64,000 nt of DNA, from positions 30,462 through 94,461 of the forward strand of contig JBFWNU010000013.1 in the NCBI GenBank assembly GCA_050250895.1, written 5' to 3'. Within the stretch, counting starts at the first letter, position 1; every line of letters begins with the position of its first letter. A program made the translations under genes and the position numbers. Positions 19,915-28,745 of the stretch are shown one piece after another. The stretch comes from Vulcanimicrobiota bacterium. GTDB lineage: Bacteria; Vulcanimicrobiota; Xenobia; Xenobiales; JADMJV01. The notes under the pieces are model-generated. The model saw nothing but the letters and a program-made list of their open reading frames with translations. It made no database searches and had not been told where the DNA came from.

Positions 19915-20364
19915 CTAGTGCTCAGGAAGATTCTCCAAGTCGGCTAGGTCCTTATGGCGACCAGACGCCCGCTTGTTGGCTCGCAGGTCCTCAAGACCGA
20001 GAAAGGCGATCGGGTGGCCCTCAATGTAGGCGACTCGTCTGCGTGCATAGCAGTCGGCGAAGTTCACGCCGTCGATGTAAGTGGTGACTTCTAGCCTGGT
20101 CGGCGGCACGCCGATTCTGATGATCCCGCGCTCTCGAAGAAACAGATCGGGCGTGACTCCCTCACGGAACCCGAACTCATTGAACACCTGGACCATCTTG
20201 TGGGCCGTACCGGGAGATCTAGCAATCCAGACGTCGATGTCCCCGGTCGCTCTGGGATAGCCGTGATAGCCCACCGCATATCCACCTATGACAAGATATT
20301 CCACCTCATGGGCGTTGAGCAGTTTCAAGAACTCGAGAAAGGCCTTGGGAAACGAGGTCGCCAT
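19915..20364 (-). CDS. Nucleotidyltransferase family protein (putative TA toxin)
   Basis: YLVIGGYAVGYHGYPRATGDIDVW and NKRASGRHKDLADLE motifs of Pol-beta-like NTases. Confidence 0.85.
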   Translation of the reverse strand: MATSFPKAFLEFLKLLNAHEVEYLVIGGYAVGYHGYPRATGDIDVWIARSPGTAHKMVQVFNEFGFREGVTPDLFLRERGIIRIGVPPTRLEVTTYIDGVNFADCYARRRVAYIEGHPIAFLGLEDLRANKRASGRHKDLADLENLPEH

Positions 20365-20494
20365 AGTTTCGAACCCTGAGAGTCTCCATGATTTCCAGGC
20401 GCTGGAGCGGCGTGAGGGACCAAAAATAGAGACGATCCTCCTGGTCCGCCTGCTCAAAGCTTTCGATGACTTGAAACCCCTCGTGACCTTCCAT
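20306..20494 (-). CDS. Small protein upstream of the NTase (putative antitoxin)
   Basis: 62 aa, SFEQADQEDRLYFWSLTPLQRLEI; overlaps the NTase start in two-gene TA-like arrangement. Confidence 0.65.
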   Translation of the reverse strand: MEGHEGFQVIESFEQADQEDRLYFWSLTPLQRLEIMETLRVRNYGDLVSQGLSRVLETAQRP

Positions 20495-20564
20495 AGCTTA
20501 GAAAGTTCGCTCGGGCTTCTCCGTGACCCTGCCCGCTTGGCTCGTCGCGCCACCAAGGCAGCGA

Positions 20565-21900
20565 CGGTCGTGAGGAACTAGCCGGCTCTTCCAGTTGGAA
20601 GTACGCGAGTGGCCCGACCGAACACTTGTCCGCCATCGCCCGGCGGGTGTGCGCCGCACAAGCGGGTTTGGCCATTGTACGGCGCAAGTGTGCGCCGCAC
20701 AGCGCGGTTTGCTCAGTGTACGGCGCACAATCTGGGCCTCGACCACTGGCCCCGGCTGCATTCGGCGGCACACCCGCCGAATTCGGCGTACCACGCTGCC
20801 AAATCGCGGTCGCCCGCCCAGTCACGACTGGCTCGCCGTGGCCAGGTTGCCCGCGGTCGCTCACCGAGGCTCGGCCGGCCGCGGCGGTCGCGAGACCGGT
20901 TCTTCCAGCTGGAAGCACGCGAGTGGCCCGACCGAACACTTGTCCGCCATCGCCCGGCGGGTGTGCGCCGCACAAGCGGGTTTGGCCATTGTACGGCGCA
21001 AGTGTGCGCCGCACAGCGCGGTTTGCTCAGTGTACGGCGCACAATCTGGGCCTCGACCACTGGCCCCGGCTGCACTCGGCGGCACACCCTGCCGAATTCG
21101 GCGTACCACGCTGCCGAATCGCGGTCGCCCGCCCAGTCACGACTGGCTCACCGTGGCCAGGTTGCCCGCGGTCGCTCACCGAGGCTCGGCCGGCCGCGGC
21201 GGTCGCGAGACCGGTTCTTCCAGCTGGAAGTATGCGAGTGGCCCGACCGAACACTTGTCCGCCATCGCCCGGCGGGTGTGCGCCGCACAAGCGGGTTTGG
21301 CCATTGTACGGCGCAAGTGTGCGCCGCACAGCGCGGTCTGCTCAGTGTACGGCGCACAATCTGGGCCTCGACCACTGCCCCGGCTGCATTCGGCGGCACA
21401 CCCTGCCGAATTCGGCGTACCACGCTGCCGAATCGCGGTCGCCCGTCCAGTCATGACTGGCTCGCCGTGGCCAGGTTGCCCGCGGTCGCTCACCGAGGCT
21501 CGGCCGGCCGCGGCGGTCGCGAGACCGGTTCTTCCAGCTGGAAGCACGCGAGTGGCCCGACCGAACACTTGTCCGCCATCGCCCGGCGGGTGTGCGCCGC
21601 ACAAGCGGGTTTGGCCATTGTACGGCGCAAGTGTGCGCCGCACAGCCCGGTTTGCTCAGTGTACGGCGCACAATCTGGGCCTCGACCACTGGCCCCGGCT
21701 GCATTCGGCGGCACACCCTGCCAAATCGCGGTCGCCGCCGGGGGCTCGGCTGGTCACCGCGGGCCGGCCGAGCACTTCCTCGCTGTCCCCGGCCGGGGTC
21801 AACTTGGCTCGCCACCCGACCGCGGCCCTCGCGAGGAACTAGCCGGTTCTTCCAGCTGGAAGTACGCGAGTGGCCCAGCGGGTTGGGCAGCGCTAGTCCG
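20565..21900. repeat. Tandem array of ~315-bp units sharing modules with the 135-bp array
   Basis: CTTCCAG(C/T)TGGAAG at 20588, 20902, 21217, 21531, 21849; GTGTGCGCCGCACA-type inverted repeats in each full unit. Confidence 0.9.
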
Positions 21901-22002
21901 GCAGCCCCTCCTCGCCGGCCCCCCGGTCATTCGACAGCACACGCTGCCGAATCGCAATCGCCCGCCGCCCGCTCGCCCGGAGACGGTCCGTCAAAAACCT
22001 GC

Positions 22003-22031
22003 TTGACAAATATTACCTTTCGTGTTAGCCT
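22003..22031 (+). promoter_or_regulatory. Sigma70-type promoter of the leader/tRNA transcript
   Basis: TTGACA (22003-22008), 17-nt spacer, TG-n-TAGCCT (22023-22031). Confidence 0.75.
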
Positions 22032-22055
22032 GGGTCACGAAAGGTTCCTCCAAAG

Positions 22056-22133
22056 ATGATGTTCGCTCGGTCCTATATTCACTCGCACCTACTCGGGGCC
22101 TCGCGCTCCGAGACGGCAGAGCCGGTCGTCTAA
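22056..22133 (+). CDS. Putative leader peptide MMFARSYIHSHLLGASRSETAEPVV
   Basis: 25-codon ORF after a GAAAGG RBS, between promoter and terminator. Confidence 0.6.
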   Translation: MMFARSYIHSHLLGASRSETAEPVV

Positions 22134-22189
22134 GCGACCGCCGAGGGTAGCCAGCCAAGCACCCGCTCTGCCCGGGTGCTTTTTCTTTT
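22115..22189 (+). terminator. Attenuator-like terminator/antiterminator before the tRNAs
   Basis: Terminator AAGCACCCG-N7-CGGGTGCTT+TTTCTTTT (22157-22189); leader segment GGCAGAGCCGGT (22115-22126) is 11/12 complementary to ACCCGCTCTGCC (22161-22172). Confidence 0.7.
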
Positions 22190-22267
22190 GGCCACGTAGC
22201 CCAATTGGCAAGAGGCGCGAGTTTCAGAAGCTCGAGGTTGCTGGTTCGAGTCCAGCCGTGGTCACCA
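22190..22267 (+). tRNA. tRNA-Leu(CAG) with atypical short variable loop
   Basis: GGCCACG/CGTGGTC acceptor, CGAGT-TTCAGAA-GCTCG anticodon arm, GCTGG-TTCGAGT-CCAGC T arm, A73, encoded CCA. Confidence 0.8.
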
Positions 22268-22268
22268 T

Positions 22269-22354
22269 GGGAGTTCGCCGAAGTTGGAGAGTCGGAGGCG
22301 GCTGTAACCCGTCGCGTATATCGCCAGGGGGTTCAAATCCCTCAGCTCCCACCA
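22269..22354 (+). tRNA. tRNA-Tyr(GTA)
   Basis: GGCGG-CTGTAAC-CCGTC anticodon arm, long variable arm, TTCAAAT T loop, encoded CCA; C at position 8. Confidence 0.88.
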
Positions 22355-22359
22355 AACCT

Positions 22360-22446
22360 GGACAGTTGGCCGAGTGGTAAGGCGCCGGTCTTGAAAACCG
22401 GTGAGGGCGCAAGCCTGCGTGGGTTCGAATCCTACACTGTCCGCCA
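22360..22446 (+). tRNA. tRNA-Ser(TGA)
   Basis: GGACAGT/ACTGTCC acceptor, CCGGT-CTTGAAA-ACCGG anticodon arm, long variable arm, G73, encoded CCA. Confidence 0.93.
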
Positions 22447-22461
22447 AATTTGCCCGAGGCG

Positions 22462-23739
22462 CTACCAACGCCTGAAGTTCAGGATGTCAGCGGTGCTCGC
22501 TCCGCCGGGGGCATCGGCCAGGGCCTGATCGTAGTGGACGGAAGAAGAGGCCGCCATGATGATCTGGTCTCCCACCACCGAGCCATAAAGATCGCCACCC
22601 ACCATGGTCACATTGGTGGTGGGGCCGTAGAAGGCGAAAAACGCCTGGGTGCCGCCAGCAATGATGACCCCGCCAGGGGGACTGTTCTGGACCTGCATTT
22701 GCAACAGCCCCGGGTTGCCCGAAGTGTTGACCACGGCGTCCTGGGCCAGGGTGACTCCGCTGCGGATCTTGACCGTGGTTGCGGTGGTGGCCGACGGCTC
22801 TAGACTGACGGTCGAGCCGGCGGCGCTCACGTCGAGGGTCTCGAAGAAGTAGGTCTGACCCTGGCGAAGTTTGAGATCCCAGCCGCTGACCACCACATCT
22901 CCGTAGACTCCCGGCAGAAGATAGCCGCTGGCGTCAAATTGCGGGCCGGGCGGGCCCGAACCCACTGCGGAGGCGGCGGCCGTGTTGGTACCCTCCATAT
23001 CCACGGGAGGCAACGGCTGCGGCTGAGGCATGTATTGCAAGCTCGAGTAAGAGAGGAAAGGAGTTCCCACCACGGCCGTGGGTGGCGCGCCAGGCGGAAC
23101 CAGCACATTGCCCGTCGCCACCAGCGGCGAAAGCGGGTCGAGTTGCGAGGTGGCATCCATGACCACCGAGGCGGGGCTGGTCGAATTGACGCCAACATGA
23201 GCCTGGCCGGCTCCGATGACCCGTGAGGTGGCGTAGGAGCCGACCGACGAATCCCAGGTGTCGGTCGTGCAGTTGGCCGCCATCACCAGCCGATTGGCCG
23301 CAAAAATGGCGTTGGGATAGTTGCTCGAGGTCAGCTTGACCACGACGCCAGCGTGGCGGTCGGGGCCGTCTTTACTTCGGCCCGTCGAGAGAATGTAGAA
23401 GGTGTCGGTGGGTAGAGCGTTGGTCCAGTTGGGGGGAGTGGCCCCGGGACCGTAGACATCCACGCTATAGGTGGCCTCTACGCTGCTGCCATCGACGGTG
23501 GCCATGGCCTGGTTGGTGAGATAGGGCACGGTGGTGGCCGCTACCGTGCCGTTGGCCACATCGACAATGGTCGCGCGGGCGCCGGCGTCAGCCGCATAGA
23601 GCGAAATGGCCGACTTCTGGTCGGCATAGACCACCCGGAGGTTGTCGGAGCCCATGGTGGCCATGCCGGCGGCTATCAGCGCGAGCAGAGCCAACACCAT
23701 CAAGACCACGATAATCGCAATGCCGCGTCGGTTTCTCAT
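22462..23739 (-). CDS. PilX-like N-terminal pilin protein with C-terminal beta-helix-like domain
   Basis: MRNRRG-IAIIVVLMVLALL prepilin-like start, AADAG and STGRS PilX-type motifs, YGP..LYGSVVG..VHYDQAL tail. Confidence 0.75.
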   Translation of the reverse strand: MRNRRGIAIIVVLMVLALLALIAAGMATMGSDNLRVVYADQKSAISLYAADAGARATIVDVANGTVAATTVPYLTNQAMATVDGSSVEATYSVDVYGPGATPPNWTNALPTDTFYILSTGRSKDGPDRHAGVVVKLTSSNYPNAIFAANRLVMAANCTTDTWDSSVGSYATSRVIGAGQAHVGVNSTSPASVVMDATSQLDPLSPLVATGNVLVPPGAPPTAVVGTPFLSYSSLQYMPQPQPLPPVDMEGTNTAAASAVGSGPPGPQFDASGYLLPGVYGDVVVSGWDLKLRQGQTYFFETLDVSAAGSTVSLEPSATTATTVKIRSGVTLAQDAVVNTSGNPGLLQMQVQNSPPGGVIIAGGTQAFFAFYGPTTNVTMVGGDLYGSVVGDQIIMAASSSVHYDQALADAPGGASTADILNFRRW

Positions 23740-24356
23740 CAGTTCACGAACCTCACGATGTTCTGGAGAGTGATAGTGGTCGTCTTGTCGGAAGCGGTGT
23801 CGGTCTGACAGGTCAGTCGAATCAAAACGGCCGCGCCGGCTTCGGCGGTGAAGCTCAACCCGGTCACGTGGCTCCCTAGACTGCTGGCCCCGGGCAGGGC
23901 TTGAAAATAGGGGGCCGTTCCCGGAGGAGCCGGTGGCGTGGCTCCGACCGGCACGACTGTCGGGGTGCCCAGCGCCTCCTCCACCCGCATCAGCCGCCGC
24001 CCGGCCGCGTCGTGGTAGTAACAGACCCACTTACGCCACTCGAGGTCGCCGGCCGGGTCGTGAGTGGGCTGGCCCGCCACCGTCTGGGGTCGCTCGGCCG
24101 ACAGGAAGTAAACGTGAGGGAAGGGCGCGTTAGAGTAGCTGACGCTGTTGGTGCTGGCGTTCGCCAGCTCGTCACTGAGCTTGCGCAAGCCGACCACGGT
24201 CTCTTGCTGCACCGTCTGATAGGCCTCGCCCAGGCGGAAGTAACGCATGCCACTGTGCATCAGCAAATAGATCGAGCCCAGCAGCAAGGAAAGCAGCAGC
24301 GAGTAGACACTCAACTCGGCCAGCGAGAAACCACGGTTGGACCTAGAAACGAACAA
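23739..24356 (-). CDS. PilW/PulJ-like prepilin
   Basis: RG-FSLAEL class III signal; TTG start after GGAGGG. Confidence 0.75.
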   Translation of the reverse strand: MFVSRSNRGFSLAELSVYSLLLSLLLGSIYLLMHSGMRYFRLGEAYQTVQQETVVGLRKLSDELANASTNSVSYSNAPFPHVYFLSAERPQTVAGQPTHDPAGDLEWRKWVCYYHDAAGRRLMRVEEALGTPTVVPVGATPPAPPGTAPYFQALPGASSLGSHVTGLSFTAEAGAAVLIRLTCQTDTASDKTTTITLQNIVRFVN

Positions 24357-24750
24357 CCATGCCCTCCAATCGAACCTCGCGATGGCGGTCAGATTCATCC
24401 CAGCTGACCACCACCAGCACACCTTTGCGCTCGTTGGCCACGAACTCTTCGGTCTTGACCTCGAGCTGGAACTGGGTGTCGCTGGTGACCCCGTTGACGG
24501 TACTGGTCATGACGGGCATGGGCACGGGCGCGGCGTCGACCACGCTGCCATAGGGCAGCAACAGCTGGCGCTCAAGTTCCTGGCGGGCCAGGTTGGTGGC
24601 CGTGGCCATGTTCTTGGCCGTGACCGTCGAGCGCTGGCTGGTGGGAAAGAGTCCGAAGACGAGCAGGATGGCGACAGCCACCAGGCCGAGTCCGAAGACC
24701 GCCTCGAGCAACAGGCTCATCCCTCTTCTAGTGGTGGGTCGGACTCTCAC
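24343..24750 (-). CDS. PilV/PulI-like prepilin
   Basis: RRG-MSLLLEAVFGLGLVAVAILL N-terminus, ATNLARQELE, VVVSW. Confidence 0.75.
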   Translation of the reverse strand: MRVRPTTRRGMSLLLEAVFGLGLVAVAILLVFGLFPTSQRSTVTAKNMATATNLARQELERQLLLPYGSVVDAAPVPMPVMTSTVNGVTSDTQFQLEVKTEEFVANERKGVLVVVSWDESDRHREVRLEGMVVRF

Positions 24751-24817
24751 TCTAAAAGGGTATCAGATAGACCCAGGGTTTACCAGGCACATTGGGGTAG
24801 TATCGGGTTAGGCACTT

Positions 24818-25711
24818 ATGCAAACGGTTGAAGATGTCGTCCTTCGAGGCCACGAATTTCTCAGTCAATTGCCGAACTGGCAGCGGATCGTCGTGGCCAT
24901 TCGTGACGGCGAGCAGCTGACCGTAAGGGCCGCGACCGGCCTCGAAGAGGTGCAAGCCGACCTTCCCCTGGAGTTCTTCGAACAGGTGATGGAGAAGGGC
25001 AAAGGCACGCTGGTGCTCGACGCCTCTAAAGACCCGAAAGTGCAGTTGCCCGAGGGCATTCTCTCGGCTCTTTGCTCCCCCATCGTCGATGCGGGCGGGT
25101 CGGCGCAAGGGATTCTCTATGCCGACTCGCTGGCCCGGCCGGGGGCGTTCGCCTACGGCCACCTGTTCGCGGCCGACCAGCTCGGCCGCCAACTGGGGCC
25201 GGCCCTGGTCTCGGCGGTGCCGGCCGTACCGGTGCCGACCGAACCGGCGGCGGGTAAGCCTCCGTTGGTTCCGCTGGCTCTGTTGGGGTTAGCGCTCCTC
25301 TGGGCCTTGTTTGGCTCCTTCGCGGCCTCGGGGCGCAAGCTCGAGGTTGACAAGGTCGAGTCGACTCCAACCATCGTGACCACCACCACGGCCGAGCCGC
25401 CAGCGGTGGTGCGCAGCTTTCTGGCCTGTCTGCAGCAACGCAACTCACCCGGAGCCTATCGCTTGCTCTCGCAGAGCCACCAGCGGCGCTTGAGCGAGAA
25501 ACAGTTCTCGGCTCAGATAGAGACCTGGATGGCCAGGCCGGAAAACCCCTGGTCTTTGCCCTATCGTCGAGCGGGGCCGGCCATCAAGCTGGGCGACACC
25601 GTGGTCGAGGTCGAGATCGACCCCGGCGAGGGCAAGCCTGGCAAAACCTGGAAGTGGACGCTGGTGCTCGACGATGAAGGCTGGCGCGTCGACCGATGGG
25701 AGCTAAAATGA
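24818..25711 (+). CDS. GAF-domain membrane protein
   Basis: SALCSPI..GILYADS..GAF GAF motif, one TM helix, C-terminal NTF2-like segment (AYRLLS...WRVD). Confidence 0.7.
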   Translation: MQTVEDVVLRGHEFLSQLPNWQRIVVAIRDGEQLTVRAATGLEEVQADLPLEFFEQVMEKGKGTLVLDASKDPKVQLPEGILSALCSPIVDAGGSAQGILYADSLARPGAFAYGHLFAADQLGRQLGPALVSAVPAVPVPTEPAAGKPPLVPLALLGLALLWALFGSFAASGRKLEVDKVESTPTIVTTTTAEPPAVVRSFLACLQQRNSPGAYRLLSQSHQRRLSEKQFSAQIETWMARPENPWSLPYRRAGPAIKLGDTVVEVEIDPGEGKPGKTWKWTLVLDDEGWRVDRWELK

Positions 25712-26124
25712 ACGACATCAACTGGAACGACTTCTTTGCTGACTATGCCGCCGCCACGATGGAGGGCGAGCCGCAGGACATCGCCCGGTTCTACGGCCCC
25801 GGTTTCGTGGCGGCCAGTCCGAGCGGCTCTTACGGGGCACTGAACGATGACAGCTTTCTGACCTGGCTCAAGGGTATCCAGCAGTTCAACGCCCGGACAG
25901 GGATGAGCCACATGCGGCCAGTGGATACCAGCGAGCAAGCCCAGGTCGGGCCCCACCACTGCCTGGTGCTGGTGCGGTGGGGGGCCCGGTTTGCCTCGCT
26001 AGAGAACGAAGTGTTCTTCGAAATCAGCTATCTGTTGCATCGAAGCCAAGACGGCCCTCGCATCATCGCTTACGTCTCGCATGAGGATCAGCAGACTCGC
26101 ATGCAAGAGGAAGGGCTGCTCTAG
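25708..26124 (+). CDS. NTF2/SnoaL-like protein
   Basis: FFADYAAA..IARFY, ISYLL..PRIIAYVSHEDQ; ATGA overlap with the upstream gene. Confidence 0.7.
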   Translation: MNDINWNDFFADYAAATMEGEPQDIARFYGPGFVAASPSGSYGALNDDSFLTWLKGIQQFNARTGMSHMRPVDTSEQAQVGPHHCLVLVRWGARFASLENEVFFEISYLLHRSQDGPRIIAYVSHEDQQTRMQEEGLL

Positions 26125-27140
26125 ACTAGCGAGCTTTTCTGCTCGACCACCCGGGCCACCACGGCCAGGGCTCGTTCGATCTGCTCGGGGGTGACATCGA
26201 GGTGGGTGGCGGCACGCAAGCGTTGGCCCACCCCTCCCATCCTCACTCCGGCCTCGGCGATGGCCTCGAGAAAGCCGGGGAAGGCCCGAAAGAAGACCAG
26301 GTTGGTCTCGACCGGCTCGACCTCGAGGCCCAGTTGCCTCAGGCCTTCGGCCAGACGCGCGGCCATGGCGTGGTCTTCGGCCAGGCGCTCGACGTGGTGC
26401 TCGAGAGCATAGAGGCAACCGGCGGCCATCATGCCGGCCTGGCGTAGCGCGCCGCCCAGCAGGTGTTTGAAGCGGCGGGCCCGGTCGATGAACTCTTGCG
26501 AGCCGGTGAGTACCGCCCCCAACGGAGCTCCCAGGCCTTTGGTAAAGTCCACCCAGACCGAATCGCACAACGCCGCGAAGTCGGCCGCCGGGCGACCCGA
26601 GGCGACGGCCGCGTTGAACAGGCGGGCCCCGTCCAGGTGAACCTTGAGCCCGTGCTGGCGAGCCGTGTCGGTGACCGCCTTGAGGCGTTCGTAGGGCCAC
26701 ACCGCTCCGCCGCCCAGGTTGTGGGTCTGTTCGACGCTCAGCAAGGTCGGAATAGGATCGTAATGCGAGTTCTTCGAACTGGCCGCGACCACATCTTCGG
26801 GATCGAACATGCCGCGCTGGCTGGGCAGCTGATCGATGATGACTCCCGAAATGACGGCCGCTCCGCCGGTCTCGAAGCGGATAATATGGGCCTGGCTATC
26901 GGCCAGCACGGCCTCGCCCGGGCGGGTGTGGGTCTTGATGGCCACCGCGTTGCACATGGTGCCGCTGGGCAGAAAGAGTGCCGCTTCTTTACCCAGACGC
27001 TCGGCCACGGCGGCGGTGAGCCGGTTGACGCTGGGGTCTTCGCCCCGCTGCTCGTCGCCCACCTCGGCTGCGAAGATGGCTTTGCGCATGGCCGGAGTAG
27101 GTCTGGTGCAAGTGTCACTCGAGAGGTCGATCATGCTCAC
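26121..27140 (-). CDS. ltaE: Low-specificity L-threonine aldolase (PLP)
   Basis: DLSSDTCTRPT, GDEQRGEDP, PSGTMCN, HLDGARLFNAA, FTKGLGAPLG, GGALRQAG. Confidence 0.92.
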   Translation of the reverse strand: MSMIDLSSDTCTRPTPAMRKAIFAAEVGDEQRGEDPSVNRLTAAVAERLGKEAALFLPSGTMCNAVAIKTHTRPGEAVLADSQAHIIRFETGGAAVISGVIIDQLPSQRGMFDPEDVVAASSKNSHYDPIPTLLSVEQTHNLGGGAVWPYERLKAVTDTARQHGLKVHLDGARLFNAAVASGRPAADFAALCDSVWVDFTKGLGAPLGAVLTGSQEFIDRARRFKHLLGGALRQAGMMAAGCLYALEHHVERLAEDHAMAARLAEGLRQLGLEVEPVETNLVFFRAFPGFLEAIAEAGVRMGGVGQRLRAATHLDVTPEQIERALAVVARVVEQKSSLV

Positions 27141-27679
27141 GCATTCGCGTTTTGAGCGGGGGAGCCTGTCGGCTTGAGTTGGGCCAGTTCGCTGGCAGTG
27201 GGCGGGTCATGGACCGGGTCAGGATGGTCGCTCGGCCGCGACCATAGCTCTTTGCGCCACTCGTCGGCAAAACGCTGAGCCAACGTCTCGTGGGCGTAGT
27301 AGCGTCGGTTGCTGCGGGCCTTCGGGTCCACAATCTGCAGATGACCAAGCTCGTGGAGAAAGACGTCATAGAGCATGAAGCGGCGCACGGCCAGTTCGGG
27401 CCACTGCTGGCCGCGGCGGGCTCCGAAGGTGCGGGCCGACTGCGTTCCGCACAGAAAGCGCGTCAGGCTGACCCGAGGGGGCAGGGCGCACAACGAGATC
27501 TCGCGACGGCCGCCGGTGACGTAGCCCAGGACCCGACCGCCCCGACTGCGATCGACGAAATGAATCGCGCGCAAACGGACGTAGGTCTCGGGGGGCAGGC
27601 GCTCGAGGACGACCTCGATGTCTTCGGGGGTCAGAACATGGCGGCGGTCGGCTCCGGTAGGCTTCTCATAGAATCTCAT
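27137..27679 (-). CDS. Putative HExxH zinc metallopeptidase
   Basis: VFLHELGH motif followed by E..A..FA. Confidence 0.6.
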   Translation of the reverse strand: MRFYEKPTGADRRHVLTPEDIEVVLERLPPETYVRLRAIHFVDRSRGGRVLGYVTGGRREISLCALPPRVSLTRFLCGTQSARTFGARRGQQWPELAVRRFMLYDVFLHELGHLQIVDPKARSNRRYYAHETLAQRFADEWRKELWSRPSDHPDPVHDPPTASELAQLKPTGSPAQNANA

Positions 27680-27681
27680 GA

Positions 27682-27716
27682 GACAAATATTACCTGTACC
27701 AAAGCCCGTTTGTCAA
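27682..27716 (-). promoter_or_regulatory. Sigma70-type promoter (probably leaderless mRNA) carrying a 14-bp motif shared with the tRNA promoter
   Basis: TTGACA (27716-27711), N18, TAATAT (27692-27687), ATG 7 nt later; GACAAATATTACCT at 27682-27695. Confidence 0.6.
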
Positions 27717-27824
27717 CGCGGCCGCTTATCGGGCCAGGGCGACCACTGGTCTGCTCTCGAGCCCGTGACCACCGGAGCGGTGTAAGCTCAGATGAGCGGT
27801 CCCAGCCTCAACGGCTCTCTATCG

Positions 27825-28607
27825 CTAGCTCCGGGCTCGGGGGCGACGCATGGCTAGCGAGAAAAGGTGGGGCAATCGCACCGGAGCCGGGTAGCGCCAG
27901 CGACCCGGCTCCTCTTCTTGCATCCCCGTGAAGCAACCATAGGGCGAGTAATCGAACTCGCGAAACCGTTCCAGGGTCAGATGCCTCAGCAACGGGTCCA
28001 GGATGTCCTCCAGCGAATGGCTCCAGAAATGCTCCTCACGCTCGGCCAGGTCGCCCGCGTAGCTGCCCGTCACTGTCTCGTGATAACCGCGATGAAAGTA
28101 TTCATAGGCGAGCTGGCCGGTTTCGAAGTCGAGCATCATCAGGGCCGGATGAAACTCGACCACATAGAACAGACCCCCCGGGGCCAGGTGCCGGACCACC
28201 ACCTCGGCCCATCGGTCGAGGTCGGGCAGCCATCCGAGCACACCGTAAGAAGTGAAGACGATGTCGAAGGTTTGGCCCAGCTCGAGGGCCAGCACGTCCG
28301 ATTCGACAAACTCCGCAGCCAGGTCGAGGTCTCTGGCCATCTGCCGGGCGGCCGCGAGGGCAACCGAAGAAAAGTCCACGCCGGTGACCCGCGCTCCGCG
28401 GCGGGCCCAACCCAGAGTATCCTGGCCAAAGTGGCACTGCAGGTGCAGTAGACTCTTGCCCCGCACCGGACCCACCGCCTCGACTTCGATCGAGTTGAGC
28501 GAGCAGCGCCCGGCCCGGAAGGCCTGATTGTCATAGAACTTCGAGTGGAGGTGGACCGGCACCCGCAAATCCCAGGCGCGACGGTTGGTCAGCAGTCTTT
28601 CGTCCAT
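27825..28607 (-). CDS. Class I SAM-dependent methyltransferase
   Basis: LLHLQCHFGQDT, VTGVDFS, FDIVFTSYGVLGWLPDL, LAPGG. Confidence 0.9.
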   Translation of the reverse strand: MDERLLTNRRAWDLRVPVHLHSKFYDNQAFRAGRCSLNSIEVEAVGPVRGKSLLHLQCHFGQDTLGWARRGARVTGVDFSSVALAAARQMARDLDLAAEFVESDVLALELGQTFDIVFTSYGVLGWLPDLDRWAEVVVRHLAPGGLFYVVEFHPALMMLDFETGQLAYEYFHRGYHETVTGSYAGDLAEREEHFWSHSLEDILDPLLRHLTLERFREFDYSPYGCFTGMQEEEPGRWRYPAPVRLPHLFSLAMRRPRARS

Positions 28608-28745
28608 AGTCGGGCCTTCGACGCGCCGGGGCCTGGAGCCTCACGAAGAGGAGAGAACGCGGCTGCGGCACGAAGCCCATCCCATGCGCGATGTGGCCGA
28701 CCAACAAGAGGCGGGCTGAGCACAATTTCTCTCTCGAGACGTGCC

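Noticed and set aside
18025-22059. Long Pro/Ala/Arg-rich ORFs on both strands over the 135-bp and 315-bp arrays
   Set aside because: Stop-poor GC-rich repeats open several frames at once; single-base indels between units break frames; no RBS or domain evidence
22190-22267. Reading the first tRNA as tRNA-Sec or a UGA suppressor (TTCA in the loop), tempting given Sec-MsrA
   Set aside because: Stem pairing puts CAG at positions 34-36; it lacks the extended acceptor stem and long variable arm of SelC
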